Of a stretch of 64,000 nucleotides of DNA, positions 1 to 8,766 are shown piece by piece. The notes beneath the pieces were generated by a model. That model made no database searches, was not told where the DNA came from, and worked only from the letters and a program-made list of their open reading frames with translations. The stretch lies in NCBI RefSeq assembly GCF_048403405.1, contig NZ_CP183131.1; one strand, written 5' to 3'. Position 1 is the stretch's first letter; every line of letters begins with the position of its first letter. Source of the stretch: Escherichia coli (GTDB lineage: Bacteria; Pseudomonadota; Gammaproteobacteria; Enterobacterales; Enterobacteriaceae). The position numbers and the translations under genes were made by a program.

Positions 1-1007
1 CCAACGTTCAGAATCGAGCGGAACTGGCTCCAGGATGTCCTGTATGCGACTTTCCTTGGTGCGAACAGGCTGAACCTTCTCAAGTTCAAACCCGTCGATC
101 CCGTGGGAAAGCGCAACAACACAAAGACGCTTGCGGCGCTCAATAACCCCAAACTCATTGCCGTCGAGAATGCGCTCTTGTAGGGAGTAACCCAACGAAG
201 AGAGCACCGAACGAATCACTTCCATCGAAGCGGTGTTCTGGTACTCAGGCACGTTCTCAATCAGCACAACGGCTGGGTTTAGCGCTTCTACGAATTGCAG
301 GAAGTTGAAGAACATGGCACCTGCCGCCTCATGCGATTCGGCAAACTCCAACTTGTTCTTACTGCGACCTGACTTTGACGCGCCGGTACACGGTATGCCC
401 CCCATCAAAACATCCACCTGTGGTGGGCGTTTGCTGAGATTCACAGCCTGGATTGGCGATTCGATAACAATAGAATCTTCGTTCCAAAGCTCCGGGTTAT
501 TTGCCAAAGACGAATCGAGATATTTCCCTTCCATCTCCACGGCCACAGATATGGCACTGGCAATTCCCGCCTTGTGAAAACCGGCGTGAATCGCTTTATC
601 AAGCACACCACCCCCATGAAAGAGGCTGCATACCGAAAGCGATTCTCCATTCTCCAGCTTACTGATAAGCCGGTTGACGCGCTCGATCACTCGCTCTTGT
701 TGATGGTGAGCAGAGATCACAATTGCGCCGTTACGGATGAACACGCGGAGCATCTCTACACCGTCAAAAACGGTAGCAAGCTCCTGCACGGTCAGATCGA
801 TGATTGGAGACACCCGGCCATTGCGCTCGCGCTTACTGATGGTGAACTTACCCTCCTCTTTGACGCGAAGCACAACCTGGGAATCTTTCAGCTCCAGATC
901 ATACTTCATGCCAGGATAGTAACCTTCACGCAGTAGCTTTTGGCCTTCCAGCCAGACGCGCTTCTTGCCTCGATGTTCTCCTAACTTGGTGTTTACGATA
1001 GTAGCCA
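1..1007 (-). CDS. DNA cytosine-5 methyltransferase (Dcm-like), 3' end cut by window edge
   Basis: Manual translation from ATG at 1005-1007 (RBS AGGAGAGAGC upstream) stays open to position 1; motifs FHGGGVL (motif I), GGIPCTGASKSG (motif IV with Pro-Cys), IENVPEY (motif VI); ~100 aa N-terminal extra domain. Confidence 0.7.
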
Positions 1008-1085
1008 TGAGCTCTCTCCTTTCGGTTGAGAGGCCACTACCGTCCCAATCGGGAAGTAATGGCCCCGATGGGTTTAAAGTGGTTC

Positions 1086-1388
1086 TCAGTTCACAGCGAT
1101 GCCGTGAGACTGAATGGCATTAGCAAAGCCAGCCATTTGTTCAGGGAAGGTGTAGCGGTTGATGTCCTGGCTGCGAGCCAGATTGACATGCACCTTCTTC
1201 ACCTTCGTTTCGTCAGAGTCGTACTTTTCAAGCGCCAGCTTCTCAGCTTCTTCCGGATCTCGGCCCAGCGAGTAGGCGTAAATCACAGAGGTGAAGCCAA
1301 GTCCTGAGCCGAATGCGTAGACTTGTTTCTCGAAATGGACGTCAGCGAAATAGATGCTGAATCCGGATTTGAGGTTATGTTTTTCCAT
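1086..1388 (-). CDS. hypothetical protein (100 aa)
   Basis: ORF track 1086..1469; start moved to ATG at 1386-1388 with RBS GGAGTG; preceded by conserved leader shared with module at 10066..10186. Confidence 0.5.
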   Translation of the reverse strand: MEKHNLKSGFSIYFADVHFEKQVYAFGSGLGFTSVIYAYSLGRDPEEAEKLALEKYDSDETKVKKVHVNLARSQDINRYTFPEQMAGFANAIQSHGIAVN

Positions 1389-1465
1389 GATGCACTCCAA
1401 ATAGTTTGGGGGCGCACCACGTCCCGAACCGGGCGGATGCACCCGGTTTAGGGTTAGTAGATTGC
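1389..1465 (-). promoter_or_regulatory. partial copy (proximal half) of the conserved 121-bp upstream module
   Basis: GGCGCACCACGTCCCGAACCGGGCGGATGC shared with 10066..10186 and 14901..15021, a few substitutions. Confidence 0.6.
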
Positions 1466-1810
1466 TCAAGCTGTTACGCCAGCCTGAGCCTTTATTGCTT
1501 CAAGCACGATCTCTGCTTCCTTGATAGAACCAGTGCTGTACAGCTTATGCAGCACCCGGCCAAGGTTCACAGAGATCTTTTCTTTCACTTGGAGATACTT
1601 GACATAGAAGTCATACAGTTTCTCCGCCTGCTCAAGGTGGGACATGCTCTCAACGGGAATGGTATTCCCTGGATTGCAGTACCACTTTCCGAGCACCTTT
1701 TGTACAAATCCCTCTTTGTCTCCTACGAACTGATTTGTGCCAAACACCCCACTGGTTGGTGAGCGTTGAATAACAGAAATCGGATTCGCAAAGCTGGCAA
1801 GAGTAGTCAT
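1466..1810 (-). CDS. hypothetical protein (114 aa)
   Basis: ORF track 1466..1867; start moved to internal ATG with RBS GGAGCC. Confidence 0.5.
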   Translation of the reverse strand: MTTLASFANPISVIQRSPTSGVFGTNQFVGDKEGFVQKVLGKWYCNPGNTIPVESMSHLEQAEKLYDFYVKYLQVKEKISVNLGRVLHKLYSTGSIKEAEIVLEAIKAQAGVTA

Positions 1811-1878
1811 AGTTGTGGCTCCATGTTTGTCAGGGAACCACCAGCCCGAGGGGCAGTGATCCCCCAAGGGTTATGTAG

Positions 1879-1950
1879 AATGCTGTTTGTTTGGGGAGGC
1901 CAGCTACCTCACTATTCACTCTCGACAGAGAGCAAAATCTTGCTTTCCGA
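1879..1950 (-). promoter_or_regulatory. degenerate copy (distal half) of the conserved upstream module
   Basis: GAATGCTGTTTGTTTGGGGAGGCCAGCTACCTCAC...CAAAATCTTGCTTTCC matches core of 10129..10190. Confidence 0.5.
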
Positions 1951-1959
1951 GGGGCACAA

Positions 1960-1977
1960 ACTTTCACATGTGAAAGT
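1960..1977. promoter_or_regulatory. 18-bp perfect palindrome ACTTTCACATGTGAAAGT (parS-like)
   Basis: Read directly; one of five copies of core CTTTCACATGTGAAAG. Confidence 0.6.
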
Positions 1978-2001
1978 CGATGCCACTGGGAAAGCAGGGG
2001 G

Positions 2002-2355
2002 TTAACCCCCCGCTTTAACCCGCGCTAAGCGGTTTAGGATAGACTTCACGCCTTCCCTTACTCCAGATGGATCGTAACCTGCTTCATCGCAGCAGACCAC
2101 AAATGAGAATGGATGTACCTCATCGGACATCACCCAAGCCATCGTTTCCTGCTTGATTTCACTTCCAGCTCGACCATCAGCAAGGACTCTAAGGCTATGC
2201 CATAAAAGCCCATCACGTAACTGCCTTACCTCATCATCAGTCCATTCAGGCTTTGGCTCAAATGGAATGACTTCTGCGGTCTTCGGCTCTTCATCCAGGA
2301 AGAAAAGCGGCAGCTCAAGCTGGTTTTCCTTCTGGATCATCTTCACTGCATTCAT
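2002..2355 (-). CDS. hypothetical protein (117 aa)
   Basis: ORF track 2002..2421; start moved to MNAVKM with RBS AAAAGGAGTCACC. Confidence 0.5.
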   Translation of the reverse strand: MNAVKMIQKENQLELPLFFLDEEPKTAEVIPFEPKPEWTDDEVRQLRDGLLWHSLRVLADGRAGSEIKQETMAWVMSDEVHPFSFVVCCDEAGYDPSGVREGVKSILNRLARVKAGG

Positions 2356-2423
2356 GGTGACTCCTTTTACGGGCACCATGCCCCCACAGGGGCATGAAGC
2401 CCCCAGTGGGGTTACAGTCATAG

Positions 2424-2615
2424 TTACTTCACGCCTGCCAGTTGAGAATTGATGTTCTCTTCCAGCCAGCCTTGAAGCGATTCAAGGTCACGTTTGTCTT
2501 CCGTATTGCTGGCTTTACGTGCATCTTCCGACACAGCGCTCAACATGGCGTTAGCCTCAGCAAGTGATTCAACATTGTTCCCAGGGAACACAATCGTTTG
2601 ACTGTGATCTTTCAT
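2424..2615 (-). CDS. hypothetical small protein (63 aa)
   Basis: ORF track 2424..2651; RBS AAGGAGAAGACC before internal ATG. Confidence 0.4.
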   Translation of the reverse strand: MKDHSQTIVFPGNNVESLAEANAMLSAVSEDARKASNTEDKRDLESLQGWLEENINSQLAGVK

Positions 2616-2672
2616 GGTCTTCTCCTTTGAGAATGGAGGACCGTCTCCCATCAGGAAGAGCGGCCCCGTGGG

Positions 2673-2948
2673 TTAAAAGTAAAAATCCTCCAGCTCTTCA
2701 TGGTCAGGCTTTCGCTCAACTGGTCGAAGCAACTCAGCTTCATCAGCGAACTCAAGCTCAGGATGAAAAGCAGGATGAAATCCTCGATGCCAGACTGGAC
2801 GGTCATTATCGAGGTCTAAGTAGCAGTGCCTCCCACTGGCTGGGTGATAGCAGTAAAGCCACTGTCTACCACTAACGGTAAACGGCTTCTCTGCACCTCC
2901 ACATGCCGGTACAAGGTTATCTGCTGCTATATGCGCTACAGCATCCAT
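2673..2948 (-). CDS. hypothetical protein with acidic-aromatic C-terminus (..ELEDFYF)
   Basis: ORF track 2673..2996; start moved to ATG after GAGGA; C-terminal tail read from track. Confidence 0.45.
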   Translation of the reverse strand: MDAVAHIAADNLVPACGGAEKPFTVSGRQWLYCYHPASGRHCYLDLDNDRPVWHRGFHPAFHPELEFADEAELLRPVERKPDHEELEDFYF

Positions 2949-2952
2949 AGGA

Positions 2953-3405
2953 TCAGTCCTCATCTTCGTCATCACGAACACAAAGATCACGAGCAACTAT
3001 TTCCGCAGCTATCAACGCATAATCGTTGCCCTGCCAGAACCACCGCTCCGCCAGCTCATAGGCTTCGCTGGAAGGTTCGCCATAACCATGAGCCACCACG
3101 TAATCGTGGAACACTTCATGATCAAATGCCTTGCCATCAGCTTCCATGAACCAACCGACAGGGCACTCCAGAATGCGATGCCTTACGACATCTCGCTCTG
3201 AATACCCCTCTCTGACGGCTTGCTCCAACATTTCCCGCGACATACCAGGAGGAGTGATGATCTCTATGCTGATCCCGTCACTTCCTGCAAGATTGTCCTC
3301 GTATGGAAGACCGGCAAGTGTAAGGTGATTGCGCTTGCACCAGCCGATGGTCCGAAGTATCCGACTTTTGTCAGACTCCCTGGCCGTGTATCGGTTAAGC
3401 TGCAT
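2953..3405 (-). CDS. hypothetical acidic protein (150 aa, C-terminus DDEDED)
   Basis: ORF track 2953..3462; RBS GGAGGTG before MQLNRY. Confidence 0.5.
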   Translation of the reverse strand: MQLNRYTARESDKSRILRTIGWCKRNHLTLAGLPYEDNLAGSDGISIEIITPPGMSREMLEQAVREGYSERDVVRHRILECPVGWFMEADGKAFDHEVFHDYVVAHGYGEPSSEAYELAERWFWQGNDYALIAAEIVARDLCVRDDEDED

Positions 3406-3784
3406 AGCCACCTCCAGCACACTCCCCATCTTCGATTTCACTTCCGAGCTCGACCATTCCAATCAGGTCAAGCTGGGTCATGTCCGAATCCAGAGAGCAG
3501 TCAATTGCTGACTGAATGATGCCTTTGTGGGCCAAGCCTAAAACGGACTTAATAGTCGAAAGCAGAGACTCGGCTTCGCTCTCGATTTGCTCCAGAATGT
3601 CTTTCCATTCCCAGTGCTCAAACGGTTGCCAAACGACCAGATCCTCAGGCTCGTCTCCCCGTTCGACACACTCAGACAAATACTCATAAGCCTTGCACCA
3701 ATTCTCTTGTTGGCCCAGTTCACTGAGCACTAGAGCGGTAGCATGACCGTATGCGATTTGTTCAACTTTGGTATTGATAGACAT
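3395..3784 (-). CDS. hypothetical highly acidic protein (129 aa)
   Basis: ORF track; strong RBS GAGGAGAAACACT before ATG. Confidence 0.55.
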   Translation of the reverse strand: MSINTKVEQIAYGHATALVLSELGQQENWCKAYEYLSECVERGDEPEDLVVWQPFEHWEWKDILEQIESEAESLLSTIKSVLGLAHKGIIQSAIDCSLDSDMTQLDLIGMVELGSEIEDGECAGGGYAA

Positions 3785-3845
3785 AGTGTTTCTCCTCGTA
3801 ATGGATAGAGGAGCCCCACCCGCAGGAAAGGCTCCTCCGGATGGG

Positions 3846-4076
3846 TTAAATTTCCAAGGTCACATCGGTTTTTGCTTTAGCGCAGCAAACCAACACTTCC
3901 CCTTCTTTGACAAATGCGATGGGCGTCTCGTCATAGGCCACTTGACCTTCGAGTAGACGAACCCGGCACATGCCACAAAAGCCACTGCGACAATGCGTTT
4001 CAACAGTGAGGCCTTTGCTTTCGATTTGCGCCAACAGCACATTGTTGCTGGCTTGAAGTTGTACGTTCATGGTCAC
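3846..4076 (-). CDS. 2Fe-2S ferredoxin-like small protein
   Basis: CRSGFCGMC (C-x4-C-x2-C) plus downstream CC; RBS AAAGGAGCG. Confidence 0.6.
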   Translation of the reverse strand: MTMNVQLQASNNVLLAQIESKGLTVETHCRSGFCGMCRVRLLEGQVAYDETPIAFVKEGEVLVCCAKAKTDVTLEI

Positions 4077-4135
4077 GCTCCTTTGTTGTTGATGAGCGCG
4101 ACCAATCCCCTCCGGGATGTCACGCCCCGGTTGGG

Positions 4136-5020
4136 CTACTCAGCAAGTGCATAGACACCTACCTCGATGCGAATAAAGAACCTGGCATCTTGAAGAACTT
4201 GCCTGACCTTTGCTTGCCAGTGGTTGTTCTCTCGATGCTTTGCGTAGGGTTCAATCTCTTTGTAAATCTGCTCCAGCTTCAACGTTTTCCCCTGTAGGGT
4301 TCGGCGTATTGCAGCTTTCCACGTAGTCGAAACCATATTGGTTGCTCGACGGTGTACGGCAGCAAGAAGACAGAGCGATGAGGCAACGTCGTTACGACGA
4401 AACACCAACAGCTTTTCATGGGCGATACGCACCAGCTTCCCGGAATACTGAGTTCGGTCACTCACACAGTTGTGCTGTGTTTTGATGATCTCATCCACCA
4501 GCTTCCCAGGTGCGATACGTTCCACAAGGCTGGACAGGTTGAAATAATCCCCATCGCGCCTCAGGTTTCCCATGAGGATTCCGTAATGCCCTCCTCGCTC
4601 ACAGGCGTCATGAATATTCATAACGGCCAGCTCAAGGGCTTCAACGAACTCAGGCAAATTCATGCGGCTCATATCCCATTTGTTGGGCTCGCCCCACTGC
4701 TTACCTGAATACTGGATCATGTCCCAGTAAGGAGGGTGCCACCAGATCAGGTGTGCAGGCTCTCCGAGGAACGAAAGGAAGTCATCCCGCAACAGGTTGA
4801 ACCCCTGATGCAAGTCTGTCCCTTTGAAACGGACACCAAGTTCATTGGCAACGTCGATGCTAGAGCCACCCCCAACACTTGGGTCTGCCACCAGCCCGTT
4901 CGGCTTTCTCATGTAAGACTCAATGAAGTCTTTAACGATAAAGCCCGAGCAGTTGCCTCGGTACTTGTTGTTTCCGTAAGGCCCCCTGTTTTCGTAGGAG
5001 CATACTGATGATTTGAACAT
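4136..5020 (-). CDS. DNA amino-methyltransferase (N6A/N4C type, motif I before PPY)
   Basis: ADPSVGGGSS (motif I-like) then WWHPPYWD (motif IV PPY); RBS GGAGGA before MFKSS; ORF track 4136..5059. Confidence 0.6.
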   Translation of the reverse strand: MFKSSVCSYENRGPYGNNKYRGNCSGFIVKDFIESYMRKPNGLVADPSVGGGSSIDVANELGVRFKGTDLHQGFNLLRDDFLSFLGEPAHLIWWHPPYWDMIQYSGKQWGEPNKWDMSRMNLPEFVEALELAVMNIHDACERGGHYGILMGNLRRDGDYFNLSSLVERIAPGKLVDEIIKTQHNCVSDRTQYSGKLVRIAHEKLLVFRRNDVASSLCLLAAVHRRATNMVSTTWKAAIRRTLQGKTLKLEQIYKEIEPYAKHRENNHWQAKVRQVLQDARFFIRIEVGVYALAE

Positions 5021-5093
5021 GGCGTCCTCCATCATAGATGGGGCGCACCATGCTCCCATCAGGGGCCGGTTCGCCCCTGGTTAGGGATTAAGA

Positions 5094-5594
5094 TCAAGCG
5101 TTATCTGCATACCACCAGCTAAGGCGATTGCAATCACGAAAGAAGGTTGCTTCATCAGGAGCCTTCATCATGACCACATCACCTTCGCAGTAGGTGCATA
5201 GCTCAAGCGTTGCTTCATTTTTCCAAAAGGCACTGCACCCCGATTCTTGATACACAACCTCCCATTTGGGATGTCGCAAGTACCGATGGAAGAAATCGAG
5301 AGTGTCACCATAAGGGAAGTTGAAGCGCTCCATCACTGAACCATTTTCTGTCAGTTCAGGTTTAACCTTGCCGGTTTTCAAGCGCTTCTTGATGATGCGC
5401 TGAACCCAACGAAGTCGTGCAAACAGCCGATTGGTGTCTTTCTCGTACCACTGGGGATTACGCTTGCTCCAGTAGAGCTTGGCGAAGATTTCCCCGGACA
5501 AATCCTTCATCTGGTTTTCGTTGAGCTCATCAAGAAAACGTCGAGAAGGTTTGTCGTAGTCAAGAACTGCTTCCAAAGCTGATAGGTTTTTCAT
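5094..5594 (-). CDS. hypothetical protein (166 aa)
   Basis: ORF track; RBS AAGGAGTCCCT. Confidence 0.55.
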   Translation of the reverse strand: MKNLSALEAVLDYDKPSRRFLDELNENQMKDLSGEIFAKLYWSKRNPQWYEKDTNRLFARLRWVQRIIKKRLKTGKVKPELTENGSVMERFNFPYGDTLDFFHRYLRHPKWEVVYQESGCSAFWKNEATLELCTYCEGDVVMMKAPDEATFFRDCNRLSWWYADNA

Positions 5595-5684
5595 AGGGAC
5601 TCCTTATTGCGATTGCGGAGCCCCGTCCCCTCAGGGCTATCGGAGCCCCATAGGGTTAATTAGGGTTAATGGTTGAACGGCGAT

Positions 5685-6224
5685 TTATCGAGGGTTGGTG
5701 AATCGAATGGCTTTACCAACGAAATCGGCCATCAGTCGATTCCCAGTAGAGCTGAAATAGCTCTGCCACTCTTTCCAACCACCAACGGATTCCACCGAGC
5801 TTGGAGACTCGAAGATACCCCAGATACGCATTTCACAACCTCGTTGCAACACTCGGTTTACCTGGTCAACCAAGTATTCCTTGTTCTGCAATGAAGAGAG
5901 GTTGCAAGGCATCTGCATGATCAGCTTTTCAGCTTGCTCGAAGTCGATTTTTTCAATCAACCCCGTGCGGGTATCCACAGAGAATGGAACCACCTGTTGA
6001 CCGTGGTTAGACCACAACCAATGGGTGATATAGATCGGATTAACGCCAACTTCCGCTGGCACCAATACGCTGCCGCAAGACCGCAACAGCCAGACCAGAC
6101 GTAAACCATCGAATCGATCCAGAGACTCCACATCGGTAGTGATGTCATCCTGGTAGATTTCAGGCAGCTTATGTTCGGCGGCGAGAGAGATCATTACGGA
6201 TTTGAGATTGTTCAGATGAGACAT
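5685..6224 (-). CDS. hypothetical protein (179 aa)
   Basis: ORF track; RBS AAGGAGCACAC; first gene downstream of a module copy. Confidence 0.55.
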   Translation of the reverse strand: MSHLNNLKSVMISLAAEHKLPEIYQDDITTDVESLDRFDGLRLVWLLRSCGSVLVPAEVGVNPIYITHWLWSNHGQQVVPFSVDTRTGLIEKIDFEQAEKLIMQMPCNLSSLQNKEYLVDQVNRVLQRGCEMRIWGIFESPSSVESVGGWKEWQSYFSSTGNRLMADFVGKAIRFTNPR

Positions 6225-6290
6225 GTGTGCTCCTTAAAGTAACTTGGGCACACAGAGCCTGTCAGGCGCAGTGCGCCCTTAGGCTGAGGT

Positions 6291-6365
6291 TGAATGCTGT
6301 TTGTTTTTGGCGACCAGCTATCGCACGTTTCGCCCTCAGAGAGGACAAAATTCACTTTCTCAGCA
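6291..6365 (-). promoter_or_regulatory. degenerate copy (distal half) of the conserved upstream module
   Basis: GAATGCTGTTTGTTTTTGGCGACCAGCTATCGCACGTTTCGCC nearly identical to core at 10129..10165. Confidence 0.55.
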
Positions 6366-6488
6366 ACCCTCAATGAAGGCCTCTGAGAAAGTGGGAGGGT
6401 ATTCCCTCCTCACTTTGATTGTTCCACGAGAGCTGTGTGAACAGGAACGCTCAAACTGCCCTTTTCGGGTGCAAAGCTCAAAGACGCA

Positions 6489-6824
6489 TCAACTGCCCCG
6501 TCTTTTCAGTTCTTCGACCAGATGTTCAGGCACCTTACTCGCAGTACAGGCCAGCAATACATCGAGGCCTACCGGCTTGTGAAAGCGCTTATTTGACCAG
6601 GAATCGCCAACTGATGACTTTGCCCAGTCGATTGCTTGCCCAAGACTGTGGAACTGCCGCCTGCCTGTGTATCCCATACGACTATCCAAAGTAACACCCT
6701 GGAACAGTCTCCAGTACATCGGAGGAATGCGCTTAGCAAGCAGTAAAAAAGGCGTCTCCGGCACTGTAGCCCTTCTACCTTTGTTCCGATGATACAAATC
6801 CAAAGATGAATGGAATTGGTTCAT
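6489..6824 (-). CDS. hypothetical protein (111 aa)
   Basis: ORF track; RBS GGAGAG. Confidence 0.45.
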   Translation of the reverse strand: MNQFHSSLDLYHRNKGRRATVPETPFLLLAKRIPPMYWRLFQGVTLDSRMGYTGRRQFHSLGQAIDWAKSSVGDSWSNKRFHKPVGLDVLLACTASKVPEHLVEELKRRGS

Positions 6825-6833
6825 AGACTCTCC

Positions 6834-6867
6834 AAATAAAAACGGCCACCCCCGAAGGGATAGCCGT
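6834..6867 (-). terminator. intrinsic terminator after vWA gene
   Basis: Minus-sense ACGGCUAUCCC-UUCG-GGGGUGGCCGU followed by UUUUUAUUU. Confidence 0.6.
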
Positions 6868-6885
6868 TTGTCGTTTCACTTCCTG

Positions 6886-8682
6886 TTAAGCTGCAAAAGC
6901 AGTCAATGACCGCTCCATCAACTTAAACAGTGTGCGTTGCAGAGCTGCCGCATCATCAATGACAATGTTCTTTTGGAACAGTCCTGACACTGCGGTAGTC
7001 TCTACCCCTATGCCGATCACCTCAACATCGCTTCGTTCACAGAGGTCAATCACTGAGCGACATGCCGGGGCGCTTTGAGGCTGCCCGTCAGTCACTACGA
7101 TCAACATTTTTCGCTCTTCACGGGTCTTGGTGAGTTCAAAAGCTGCATACCACATAGCTTCCGCCATAGGCGTACCGCCAGTTGCTTTGAACCCAAACCG
7201 ACCGGCCCGATTCTGAACCGTATCTCCATGCTTCACGACACTGAACACTGGCTGGTTCCGGTTGCCACCAAAAAAGGTGACTGCCGGGTTTACGCCGGGT
7301 ATTGCTTCCAGAGCCATCGAAATAGCCAAGGACGCTTCCCGCGCAATGTCTTGACGCTCCTTTCCATTGGCGGCCTTGTAGGCCATCGAGGAGCTCATAT
7401 CAACCAGGATGTGAACCGCCGTATTAGGGCGTTTCTTGGCTTCCGGCTTGAGGAATACGCGGGTATCACCCGTCACTACACGATGTAGTTTCCGAGCATC
7501 CACACGCTTCCCTGATCGTTGGTTACGGTGAGCAACTCGCTGGCTGGCCTGGACCAATCCGTAGAGCTGCGTTCTTATCTTTGAAGTGGTGCTCTTCACA
7601 TCCCCTACCAGGCTTTTGCCAACAGCAGGGTTGTCCTGGGTGTTCACAGCAGAGCGAACAGTCATATAGCTACTGTCCCCCTTATCTTGAGCCACCCGGT
7701 TGAGCTCGGCTTTAAGTGCATCATGCGCGTCACCACGCAAATCACCGGCACCGGCATTCAGAACCTGCTGGAGCATTTTGGCCGCGTCTTGTTTCGCCGC
7801 GTCAGAATTGCCACCAGCCTGGCTTTGTCCTGCCTTGCTGCCACCATCAGTATCCGACTTGCCTTGGTCGCCCTGTCCTTTCGGATCAGATTTCCCGTTA
7901 GCATCGTCTTGCTTCTGGTCTTTACCTTGCTGATCACCACCATTGGCATCAGGCCCTTGGTTTTGATCGTTACCACTTCCGCCCTGACTGTTCTGAGGTT
8001 GGTTGCCACCAGCATTCTGCTGGTTGTTACCATCCTGACCATTCAGGGGCTTTTGCTCTTCTTTCTCCTTTTCCTCCTCGATCATCTTGATGATTTGGTC
8101 GGCCAAGGATGTCACCTCTGCGGTTGACTTAGTGTTCACAGCCTTACGCAGTAAAGCGTTCAGCCGAACAACAACACCCTGAGGGAACACGCGCTCGAAT
8201 ACGGGGGTAGCCGAATCGAGATAGGGTTGAAGGACGGATTGCCCTACAGCCTTGGTTTGCAACCAGTACAAACAAAACCCTGTCAGAATGGAGGCAGGGG
8301 CCTCTTTGTCTGTGACGTGCTCGTAATGACCAGCTTGAGCCATATAGCGAGCAACCTCATTCAGGGTCTGCGACGTACCGGGGAAGAGTTCCATCATGGC
8401 CCGTTCTATGCGGCAGTCCTCCAAAACGTTGGACAACTCAGCATGAAGACCTCTGCGGCGCTCAACACCAAAGTCCGTAAACCGGACATGGGCTGCTTCA
8501 TGGGCCAAATACCCCCAGACAGCATCCATGTGAGGATAGTCGTCGGGGATATTCGGAACCACGATGGTCTTACCATCGGTGTATGCGTCATCGTTACCGA
8601 TGGCGACTTTGACACCGAGTTTTTCACCATAGGCTGCGGCCACGATTGGTAGAGCGCTGTAAATGGTGCGTTTTTTGGACAT
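6886..8682 (-). CDS. von Willebrand factor A domain protein (CobT-like) with long Q/G/D-rich disordered linker
   Basis: C-terminal MIDAS-like DMSSSM in a vWA-like segment; low-complexity middle; RBS CAGGAGAAAAGAT. Confidence 0.75.
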   Translation of the reverse strand: MSKKRTIYSALPIVAAAYGEKLGVKVAIGNDDAYTDGKTIVVPNIPDDYPHMDAVWGYLAHEAAHVRFTDFGVERRRGLHAELSNVLEDCRIERAMMELFPGTSQTLNEVARYMAQAGHYEHVTDKEAPASILTGFCLYWLQTKAVGQSVLQPYLDSATPVFERVFPQGVVVRLNALLRKAVNTKSTAEVTSLADQIIKMIEEEKEKEEQKPLNGQDGNNQQNAGGNQPQNSQGGSGNDQNQGPDANGGDQQGKDQKQDDANGKSDPKGQGDQGKSDTDGGSKAGQSQAGGNSDAAKQDAAKMLQQVLNAGAGDLRGDAHDALKAELNRVAQDKGDSSYMTVRSAVNTQDNPAVGKSLVGDVKSTTSKIRTQLYGLVQASQRVAHRNQRSGKRVDARKLHRVVTGDTRVFLKPEAKKRPNTAVHILVDMSSSMAYKAANGKERQDIAREASLAISMALEAIPGVNPAVTFFGGNRNQPVFSVVKHGDTVQNRAGRFGFKATGGTPMAEAMWYAAFELTKTREERKMLIVVTDGQPQSAPACRSVIDLCERSDVEVIGIGVETTAVSGLFQKNIVIDDAAALQRTLFKLMERSLTAFAA

Positions 8683-8766
8683 ATCTTTTCTCCTGGTAGG
8701 GAAGGAGATAGTCCACCCCTGGAGGGAATGGCTATCCCCTCCGGGTCGGTTTAGTTGAAGTGACTA

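Noticed and set aside
233-936. Plus-strand ORFs 233..577, 574..936, 737..919
   Set aside because: Antisense to the C5-methyltransferase frame, which has clear catalytic motifs; no RBS; treated as spurious
5651-5670. Tandem repeat TAGGGTTAAT x2 as a possible iteron or telomere-like repeat
   Set aside because: Only two copies, inside a GC-hairpin spacer; more likely part of the intergenic element family
7687-8127. Several plus- and minus-strand ORFs inside the vWA gene
   Set aside because: They lie in the low-complexity Q/G/D-rich linker, where repetitive codons give open frames on all strands; artefacts
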